A stretch of 58,243 nucleotides of DNA, from assembly GCA_001642005.1 (NCBI GenBank), contig LWCA01000079.1, positions 1 to 58,243 of the forward strand, in the 5' to 3' direction. A model generated the notes under the pieces. It saw only the letters and a list, made by a program, of their open reading frames with translations, was not told where the DNA came from and searched no databases. Both the position numbers and the translations under genes were made by a program. The stretch comes from Intoshia linei (taxonomy: Eukaryota > Animalia > Orthonectida). Numbering within the stretch: the stretch's first letter is position 1; every line of letters starts with the position of its first letter. Shown here piece by piece: positions 42,601 through 54,600 of this stretch.

Positions 42601-45600
42601 ACAAATGTATTAAAATTATAATAAGTTAAAAAATCACTTTTTATCTGAATTTTAGATATAAAAGTACATTGCTGTTTATTTTGTTTTATCCTTTACTTAT
42701 ATGAATATCCTGAAAATTACAAATTATCCTTTTTTTTGAAATGAAAAAAGTACTAGAAATTAAAAAAAAATACAACTCATACAGTTATACATATCCAGTT
42801 AACACACCCAAAAATTTTTAATCTCATTAAATCACGCCTTCAGGTTCAATAAAGTACTTTAGTATTATTTTTTTTTAGTTTATACAATTTATTTAAAAAA
42901 AAATTTGAAATAATTAATTGATACATCTTATTCCAGTTGATCTAGATCAGGGGTTTGAAAAAGTGGGCGATATTCAGCTGGGGGCAATTATAAAAACATG
43001 GTATACCAAAAAAACGATTTTAGATAGATAGAATGGAGCGTTAATAAATTTTTTGGTTGTAAAAAGGATATTTTTATAGCAAGTTTGGGATCCACTGATA
43101 TAAAAAGTGACAGTAATAAATATTTTTTTTTTTAATTTCTAAATATTGAATAATGTGTAAATTATTAAATATATATACGACGTAGTCGAAAAATTTTTCA
43201 GGGGGGCGTTGAGAAAATATATGCTAAAAAGGGGGGCGGTAGGCAAAATGAGTTTGAGAATTCCTGATCTAGATTCTAGAATTTAGACACATTTCAAACA
43301 TAAAAATCTATGCATTCCGGTGAACAATAAATTTTAACATATTATCAACCAATATTTTTCAAATTGTTGAATTAAAATTAAAAAGGAAAATTTGAACCTA
43401 TAATTTAAAAAAAACTGGGAATTGATCGTATACATATTTTAAATACAGAATTGTGGGTTGCAATCTCTTAAATTGCTTCTTTCTGTTTTTTTATCATTAC
43501 TACGAAATTTTTCATGTTTAAAAAATTTCAAAATTTACAATCAACTTAACTTTACTTTGTTAGTATAATTTGGAAATTTATTTTAATTTTGATAAAATTG
43601 CTTCATATGAAATGCATGACAGAAGAAAATAGTGTAATAATAAAGCTCCGGTATCCAGGGACACTGTTAATTTTATTATCAACCACCTGAAGAATATCAC
43701 AATTGTAATACTAATTAAATTATTTAATTGAATATCGACTTTAATCATCTCGATCTCTTCGATCCATTACATAATAAAGTCATTTTGCGCGTAAAAGATT
43801 TTTTTCAATTTAGGATAAAATAAACGAATTTCGCAAAATCAATGATAATTACTGTGAAATTATCGAAAAGCAATGTGAATGCTTAATTGACACGAGTGCT
43901 AGGAAAAGCTTGATTTCGGCATCGAAGGCGGGTCCAGTTACGGATCGAATTCCGGAAAAAGGAATTTACGGGTGCAGTTGGAGAAAAATATATTTTTCTG
44001 CACGTGATGTTGGTAATTTTATCGTATAACCTCGTTGATTTGGAGGTTAAGGCACATGTTATCGAAAATTGAACCTTTGAGAGGTTCGATATAATTTTAG
44101 GGTGTGATTTCCTATTAAATTATGGCGTTGTTTTGGATATAACTTCGAATACGATAAAGTTCCAGTTGAAATGGAAGGAAATTGATCATTCCGGACCTAA
44201 AGTGAATACTGTGACCGGTAAATCTTCTGATCTAGAAGAAATGGTCGAAAAGTTGGTGGATTTGGGCGCTGTGGCGCCGGATATGAAATACATCGTTGAA
44301 AAATTTCCCGATGTATTTGATTCAAGGCCAAAACAAACAAAGGAGGTCGAACATGAGATTTACGTGATTCCCGGTAAGTAACTCAACCGAGGCCTGGTAT
44401 ATGGGGCACCTGGTAACTTGAGAAATAAGTTACGTGAAAATGTTGAGGAAATGTTAAAATTGGGGATAATTGAGACATCCCGTAGTAATTGGCGAGCTTT
44501 TTGTATGTTAGTGCATAAGAAGGGCGGTAAGGATAGATTCATCGTAGATTTCAGGGGTTTAAATGAAAGAACTGAAAAGGATTCGTATCCCACCCCAAAT
44601 CCGAATGAGATGTTTGATCAGTTGAAGGAAGGTTGGGTATTTACCACGATTGATTTGAGTAAGGGAGGAATAGAGTGATTTGAGGAAAGCAAGTTCCTCT
44701 AAGACCAAGTGACCGTAAATACACGGCATTTGCCACTAGTTTGTTGGGCATAAGTAACAAATTATTTCAATTTAAGGTACTTCCCTTTGGTCTTAGCAAA
44801 TTTCCCTCAACATGTCAAAGGTTAAGTGATCGAATTTTGGGTGGAATAGATTGTGCCGTCGCGTATATGGACGATATAATAGTATTTTCTAAATCGCGAA
44901 AGGACCACAAACGCGATTTAGAAGGGGTTTTGACTTGTTTAAGGAATGCGGCGATCGATCTTGGAGGGAGATATAATAATAAAGCTCCGGTATCCAGGAA
45001 CAATGTTCACTTTATTATCAACCACCTGAAGAATATCACAATTGTAATATTAATTAAATTATTTAATTGAATATCGACTTCAATCAGCTCGATCCTTCGG
45101 TCCATTACAAATAGCATGTCCAAATTTTTTCTTATTTTTAGGTTTGTAACTATAATTGAATTTCTGTTAAGATTATAATCTTATTATCTATAATCAATTA
45201 AAAAATCGGCTTTCGGCAGAGATAGGTGTTGTTTGTACGAAGTACATTATAGTCAAGCTATTAATAAATAAACCTTCGCATTCTTTCTTCTCTACATCAT
45301 AATACATATTAGTGTTGCATTTTTGACAATAATGGCTCGATGGGCACGATAAACAATTATTAATGCATTCTAAAATATCGATAATATATACAATACAAAA
45401 TATTAATACAGTGTAGTATGGACTAATTATAGATTACAGTAGTTCCGAAATTTTGAAACTGATAAAATTTAATAAAAATAAATTTCGTTAACCCTGTGAG
45501 AAAAGTTGTAACATTGTAAATTTAAAATTTGACGTAAATGTCGGTAGTATATAACAAAATATATCTTATGAAAAATATTTCGCAGATTTTTAGGAAATTG

Positions 45601-48600
45601 ACAATTTCCCATTTGAACAAGGTGTATAAATAAAATAAAAAATTACCATTACAATATTTACCGACAATTTCGAAATATCTTCCTACACCGCAATCGGTAC
45701 AGCTATCCAAATTACTGCAATTTGTACAATATAGAGGACATTCTAAAAATTTCATATAATTTATTTTGGAATGTAATGTTTTGTAGAGTATGAAAAATTA
45801 CTATCGCATTCATTTGATATTGGGTTGAAATAATGAGCCTGTTGACATTTTATGCATTTATTAGAATCAATACATTTGTTACATCTCGTTGGACAATCTG
45901 GTAATATTTAATCAAAATTATAATTATAGTTACCGACACACTGTGATATGTTGTTCCAAAATTTATTTTTCAAGTATTTATTGACATACATGCCACAATT
46001 TGAACATTTCAGTTCAGTGTCCAACGTCATACCATCATAGCAGTCTTAAATAATTACTTTAAAATGTAATTTAAAGTTAAATATATAAATATACTAATAA
46101 TATCATTATAAACACTATTGTTATTAATTTTATAAATATAGAATATATATTGAATTATAATTATCAATTTACCAAAACATTGATTTTCATAATAATATAA
46201 AGCTTTTTTTTCTGTTGAACATTGTTTGCAATTTTCACTATTTAATACAGAGCAATCTGAAATGCATAAGAAATTGTAAATAGTAATAATATATGTTACA
46301 ATTAATTAATATAGTGAATTAATAGAAACGCACCTACACACATTTTGTACAATTCTGACCATGATTTTCCTGGAAAGCATTGATCGCACACATCTTTTAT
46401 TGAGCATCTAATGCAATTTAATGGACAGTTAATGCATTTCACATCCCAAATTCTACCTGGACACGTTTCACACAATATTTTAGTTTCCAAGAATGAGCCG
46501 ATGCAGACTAATTGGTTAATATAGTAATGACAGTATATTAAAGGATCTAAAATTGGTCATCTTTTTGGACTACAATATTCCATGAAACCTTCAGTAACTT
46601 TACTTTTAAAAATTAATAGCTTCACCAAAATGTGTCATTTCATATTGATACAAATTTAATAATAAATCTATTCTAATTACAAATTATAATAATTCTAGAG
46701 TAATAGTTCTTTAACGCGATCCGAAATTTACGTTGTGGTTAAATTTACTAACAGCTAATATTACATTATTGATAGGTGTAAACTCTTAAAATTCGTGCTT
46801 TGGACCGTGTTACAGAACTAGTATCTACGGTGTGTATTAGTTTTTTGTTTTATGTAGTTTTAAATTTTTCATGTTACTTATGAGTTTATTTATAAATAAG
46901 ATGTAAATAATATGTGATCTATAAGGATGAGCGATTGTTCATGTTGTCGGAATAAAACTGTTTTAACACTCTCGCATTCAGACATTTTTGTTTTAAATTT
47001 ATTATTTATGATGCTCACAATTTCCACAGTGACCTGAAAAAATATGTAAGAAAATTTATATTTTTGTAAAAAGTAAGTATGTTTGTTTAAATTTCGTAAT
47101 TGCGTCAATTTAAATGTGAGAGTGTTAAAAGTAACCAATTTTTATTATGAATAAATAAATTAAAATTTTACTTTGACATTTCCACGTTAATTCATTAAAA
47201 AAGTATCCATTGTTACACCGGATGCACCCATCGGCATTGCAGGATTTGCAGTGAGTTGGGCACACTAAAATATAAAATTTTTACATAATAACTGCAGTAC
47301 AATATTAATTGTTTCACAATCACAATATTTATTTTTAATTAGCTCGTAATTTATAAATTTATGTTGTCTAATTTAATCAATGTAACGCGCAAATTAAATA
47401 CTTTAACAATCAATTTAGATTAAATAATTTTGTCAGTTTGTTTATATTTATTTATGAAAGTAAGAGGTGCCGAGTTTTAAAAATTTCATATTTATATTAT
47501 ATTTTTTCGAGAGTCTTGTTTTATCGCAAATTATAGTTTCAGAATTTGATGTATTCAAAGTAAAATCCCAATTCTGCTTTTTTTTAAATTCAAATCCGTC
47601 CTAGAATTATAAAAAATATACAATCTGATCAAAATTTTAAAATTATCAACATAATAATTATTTTTAATATCAAAATTTGATATCTTCATGGCCAATACCC
47701 CAAATTACATTTTTCTAGTAAAAATGAAAAGTCCTAGAATTTTATGCAACATAAATTCTGGGATAGTTTTTAAAATCATAAGCATCATCATCAATGGCAA
47801 CCATTAAAAAAATTACATATGATACAGTTATATGCAGTTAATACACTTTTTTTTCATTTTTTTTTATTTCGAAACTATTTTATTAAAACAAAAAATTTGA
47901 AATAATTAATGGTCTCAAAATTTAAAAAAAAGTTTATTCTGATACAGCTGATTCTAGTTAATATAAATACAAAATTTTAACCTGAAAAAATATACGAATT
48001 CCCGCTGAAAAATAATTTTTAATATATTATCAACCAAATATATTTCAAATGTTGGATTAAAATTAAAAATAAAAAAATATATAATTATCCTACAATTTTA
48101 AAAAAAAAATGTGCATTAAACGTCTAAACATCTCCAATAAAGAAATGTGGGTGAAAATTTATATAATTGATTCTGTCGGAATTGCTACGCAATATTTCAT
48201 TTTCAATACTCGATTTCAAATACAAAATGTAATTCAAATAATCACTTTGTACTAAATTTTAATCTAAAACTACAAGCAAGTACTACAAAGTACATATTTT
48301 TTATCATTTTTATATTTATTGCAAGGTTGGTAAAATTTACCCGAAATATGTTTTTAAAGTGGTAATTCAGTTAATTATTGATACAAAATTGATATTTTTT
48401 ACTCATCTAATCAGGTCCACTGGACTCCATTGTTGGTATCCATGGAACCTTATATAAGAAAAATAGTAATTGAACATTAACCCTTTGACTGTTTATTGAA
48501 TTCTAGACTATACACAGCATAATTTTGAAAAACTTTATTATTTTATTTTCATACATTTTCACATAAATAATTTAAGAATTATACAAGTTTAAATTAAAAC

Positions 48601-51600
48601 ATAAATTCAAGACAGTGAAAGGGTTAACAAGCAAAATATAAAAATAAGTTACTCCAACATTGAGCCACGTTGGTAACAAAACTATGTCTGATATTGTTTG
48701 TTTGACAAGCATAGCATCGTTCAATGGTATTTAAAGGAGAATATGAACAAATCAGCGCTAAAAATATTATATAAAATTCAATGGATATAATTTCAAATTC
48801 TGTATGGATGCCAATTTCCAAAAACATTAACATTTAAAGCTTAAAAAAACGAATCAAAAAAAATCTTTTTAATATGACACCAAAAAAATTAATTTTATTC
48901 AAGTACGGATGTTAATAATATTATAGTTACATATATTTACATTTTTGTATTTTTTAAATTCCTTTTTTTTAACTAATAAAATAAATACTAAATAACTAAT
49001 ACTGCCATTAGAAAAATTATCTAATAAGGTAGTATAAGATTTGAGTATGCCATGTGACAGAGCCTAACCTACCAATCTTAAGGTCACTCGAAAATGAAAA
49101 ATTTGCATCTCAAAAAATTTCGCAATTGATGAGTAGTGTCATATATTCCTAGCCACCTCTCCAAGGATGTTGAATTGACATTTTAAATTTAATACACTAA
49201 ATAGTTTTCATATTCAGAATTCAATTTGAAAAAATGAGGGCCCAATTTTATTTTAGAGAGTTTCTCGTTACGATAGGTTCAGCACTTCCGTGTGGTACAT
49301 AATAAATTCACTTTTGCAAGTTGTGCCATTCCAGTAAACTCCTGAACAAGAATTGCATTTAGGTTCAGAATTCAAAATTTTTGGATCATTGCAAAGTAAT
49401 TTTACACATACATTGAAGGTAGAATCATAATAATATCCTTTTTTCATTGATTGGCATTTAAGACAACTATCTTTCAGTTTAATGCCAGTAAATGAAGCGG
49501 CCATCGTTTCGCAATTCAATGCTATATAATAACAATATATTGAATTTGATAATATTAATTTAGAAAAGTTTCGCAGTTGAAATTCAATAATATATACATA
49601 TATATACACATATTGATCTAGGGCATTGATGCCAACATTTTTCTGTTGGTGTGTCAAAAATTTTTTTGTTTTCTTTTTTAGTTGCGTTTCTCTTTTAAAT
49701 GATAAATAATGTTAGGTATGTACACTAGTATGTATAGTAGGGTGGACATATTTTTCATAATAAATAATTATTTTCAGATTTTCTGGAGGAACAAGTGAAA
49801 ATTTTGTTTGTTTCATTAATATATACATTTGTAGGAAATTTTACAAGTCTACCATAATGTTATAGTGGTGCTCAAGGGCGGGAAATATACTAAAAGTTGA
49901 GTTTTTTTGATTTTAATGAACTTTATGATTATAATAAAATGTTATCGTAATATAACAATCAATAATTATATTTTTATCATTCATACGTATCTGTATACCA
50001 AATTTTAGGAGTCAGGGTTGATGTTAAATAGTGTTTATTAAATGAAATAGTAAATTATTTTAATTTATTTACTTAACAAAATTAATCTACCATTTAATGT
50101 TACCAACAAGATCAAAATACAATATATGATTAATTGGGTATGTTATGAAAGATTTTACTTGCTATAATTTTCCGACCATAAGAGATGTATTGAAAAGTTA
50201 TTTTTATCATGTTAATAATAACAGTAAAACGTATTTGTTCTCTGAAGTTGTTAATTTAACTGTAATGAAGGTTATGGATTTGTGGAGTACTAGTACCATT
50301 CCGATTAAATATAAAAACCGTATTATAAATAAGTTAAAGACATATTGCCATACAACAATCTAAAATGAATGGTATTTAGTGATAACAATTGTGTGGATTC
50401 AATTCAAAATGATGTAAACTTGAATCAAGCACATCATGGTGGGCAGGTATCAAAACTGTATTGTCAGGATATTGAAAAGGCTTGTATAAAAACACACACT
50501 TCGTCACAGAAAATGCAAATCATTTTAAAAACTGTCATCAATTATGCAGTTCGTTCAAGAACAAGCTGTATTAATGCATTAAACGAAAAAATTGGACTGC
50601 AGTGATAAAATTAAAATAGACATTGATACATTCAAGAAAGATTTCTGTATTCAATTTGACGGAAAAAATGCTCGTGGTTATGATAATAATATTGTGGAGT
50701 TTTTATCAGTGTGTCTCACATCGGATGGATTTTCTAAGATGATTGCTCTTCGAACTCTGACTAATTCCAAAAGTGATACAATATTTACTGAATTACCAAA
50801 AGTAATTACAAAATACAATATTTTATTCATGATTAAACTCATCATATGTGATACCACTGCAACAAATACCGGACGCATCAATGGAGTTGTTGCACAAATG
50901 CAGAGACTAAACGGTAATATAGAATATGAAGGCTGTAGGTTTCATATCCTAGATTTGATTTTGAAGCATGTTTTAAATCAGATATTTGGATGTGGAACTG
51001 TATCTTCAAATATTTATTATTCTTTTGTTAACGCGATTCGCGATAATTATTCGTCCCTATACAGCAATTATATTGGGACAATTGATATTGAATATGAAAA
51101 TACTCTAAGTGGAGAAATGATTATAAGGAATTATATGATTTGGTGAACTGTTATAAAACACTTAGAAAATATACTTTCGATACAAAAATGAATTTCAAGA
51201 AACCATGCATAATATCGAATGCTAGATGGAATTCTAGAAGCATTTACTGCCTCAAAGCTTTCATTCTAAATTTGGATAGGACAGAAATTATGATCGAAGC
51301 GTGTAATTTTATATTATATGTATGGAGTAAATGTTAGTTTACATGTCGTGATCAAAAAATAGCTTTTGGGGAACCTCTTGAACTGTTATAGGACCTGTAA
51401 TATCACCTAAATACCCTAAAGCGTATTGTTGCCTAATGAAACATTGGAATAAAACTATACAGTTTATGGATATATTTTTCACCAATGAGATATGCGAAAG
51501 ATCTCTTGCATTGATGGATAACGTTGTCCCGACATGCAAAAACTTCAAAAATTTAGAAAATAGAGTTTTGACTAAATTTAATAATTATGTATAAAAAATT

Positions 51601-54600
51601 CACATTAAAATTATCACAATTTTATTTAAAATTCATTGTTAATTAATTAAAATTTAACGATTTAAATTTTATTCTACATTCAAAACTATTAATTGAACCT
51701 TATTTGGCTTTTCTAGAATTAATTTGATTATATAAGTAAGTAATACTCTTAATATTCATATTTAAATAATAATTTGATATTCTGTGCCCTTGAGCACCCT
51801 TATAAACTTTTTGAATTTTGTTAAGATTTTAGATTTTATGTCTGCTAATCAAAACGAAAAGTTTTGGATCTTGTCCTATCAGAAATTCATAAATATTGAA
51901 ATTATGTCCACCCTAATGTATAGTCTACATGATTAAAATAATAATTTAATGCTTGAAATTTTAGTTTTTATGAGTTTTGGCAATTTTATGAATTTAAGGT
52001 CAAATATAAGACAGAAATTCGCATTTATTCATCAACATACATGTATTTAATTCTGTCTTTTTTTTTATATTTTATTGTTATCAAGGGTGGAACTCCTACT
52101 TCACATAGATATCAAGTCGAAAATAACAATAATATTTATAACGCTTTGCTACATATATCAGGATATTCGTATTTCATTAAAATCCAAAAGTTTTCAATAG
52201 AAAACTCTTTAAAATCAATTCTTACACCATGATCAGTTGATATCATTGCTAATTCCTTTTCTTCTATTAAATGTAATAGTTTTTGTATCTACCGATGGAT
52301 TATGAATCCAATCATAATCTTCAATATTCAAGGATGGGAAATATTATCTTTTTTTTTAACTTTTGGATTAGTCACTAGGTGTTAGTGATTAGGTGGTCAC
52401 TAGTGACACGCGTGTCATATTTTTGCCATCCCTGGTTTAAAAGGTACAAAACGTGGTGTTAATGAAGTGTAAACCACAGTAGGGGTTGCGAGATTATCAA
52501 TATTTGTTTAATTCTGGATTTATTTATACATATTTAAACTTACACCAACAGACTGGAGTAATAAATTTTCCCGTCATGCAAGAGTTGCAATTGCTTTTAT
52601 CCAAATCCAAATCAACGCAATTTACTTGTGTTGTGTCTAAATAAAATATTAATAAATTTAAAATTTGTTTACAATTTGTTAAAAGTGTTATCTAAGCATT
52701 ATACATTGTATACTATACAATCATTAATATATTGGTGTTATTTTATCAGGGTTGATACCTATCCAAAATTCAGAGCAAAGGATAAAATGTGCAATATAAA
52801 ATGTAATAATTGCATTTTATAATATATATAATGTAGATTTACAATGTTAATGTAACACAATATAATTTTGAACCTAAACATTTTCCCGAATTCCAAATTT
52901 TACCAATTGTACCTTCACATTTAGCTTGTGAGTCCAATGTAGTTTTTAAGATGGCTAAAAGATAAATAAATAATTATATATATTTTTTTTTTATATTTGT
53001 ATTAACTATGTCTCTACAAGAAAATATCTCTCTTTGCCAAAAATTCTACACATTCATTTTTTTTCAGTGTTGCCTTAAAATTATCATACGCCACTTTATC
53101 CGTTCCTGCACCATAAAATTTTCAAAAAAACTACTAAAATTCACAACCTAACACATATGATATAAAATAACAGTAACATGGAAGTATTTTCACGTACACT
53201 GTACATGAAACTTAATAAGACACCAACTTCGAAAAAATATTAAAGTATACGTGTACTAATCCCGGCATCATCATATGCTATTCCTTTACAATATAAGTAA
53301 TCGTTTGAAGTGGCTTTAATTTTTAGACATTCGACAGCTATTAAAATTGAATAAATTAAAGTTTAATAATGTCTAATAATTAAACAGTACATTATTACAA
53401 TTACATTGTTTTGATTAGTAAACATTACCTTTTAAAACATTACTCACTAATTTTACACCATAACACGAATTGCATAATTTTTCATTATTATATACATTTT
53501 GATTATCACAAACAAAGGTTTCTAAAATGCAAATAATATTGAATAATGACTCCAATTTTTACCTACAACTCCAATATAGTTTCGTGTTTCGCATGCCGCT
53601 GCGGCAGCTACACTGGAAACTTTAGTACAATCAACCGTTTCTAATATATTTAGTATTATCAGTATAATTAATACATTTATGACAAAATACTCAAATTATT
53701 AAAAATTTAAAAATTACCACACTTTTTACCATCCCAAAAATTTCCCAACTTTCTACAACCAAAACACTTTACCGCGGTATTCAAAACATCCTTGTAACAA
53801 TCTATTTCTAATCAAAAAATTAACTTTGGATTTATTTACAAAATTAAATGTAATATTAAAAGTTCCGGGTAACGTCAAGGGGACAAGACTGAATCCTCCC
53901 GTAGGAGGATGATTACACGTCACTGACTATTACACGTGATAATATAAAATACTGCATACTATAGCATTGATTTAGATACCAATATTGATTATTACAAGCT
54001 TCACATTTCTCTTTTGTATTTAATTGACTAAAATTGTCGCAATCAATTGCTAGAGTAAATCAATAATAAATCATAAAATAATAATAACGTTAAAAATATT
54101 ACGCAAACAAAGTTCGTAATCCTTATTCCAATAGTGACCACAATGCTTGGTTTTGTCTTCAGTCCATGTATTGGCAGTACAGTCGACTAAAATTAATTTT
54201 AAAGAGTATAATGTTATAGAATCATGATATTATCTTATGAAATGTATTTACCTTTGTCACATCGATAACCCGTTGCAGACCAAAAACGATTTTCACATGA
54301 ATTGCATAATAAATTTTCGTGTATTGTCAGATGGTTTAAATCACAGAGTGATGCTAAAATATATATTAATTAACAGTAACTAATACTTTTCCGAAATTTT
54401 TTTATATTAGTATTTGTTATTGTGACTTGACGTAATGGGGACCTTAAAAACACTGAAACGTAATGTAATGATGGCTGTAAATCGTGTGAATTTGATTTTA
54501 AGCTAATAAGAAATTCTATGTAATCGAATTTCGCAACATTTGATACCAATAGAATAATTACCAATGGAATACGGTATTTCAGTACGAAACCTTTTTTATA

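Noticed and set aside
48404-48448. Extra exon of the cysteine-rich gene
   Set aside because: Stop codons in all three minus frames and no cysteine module.
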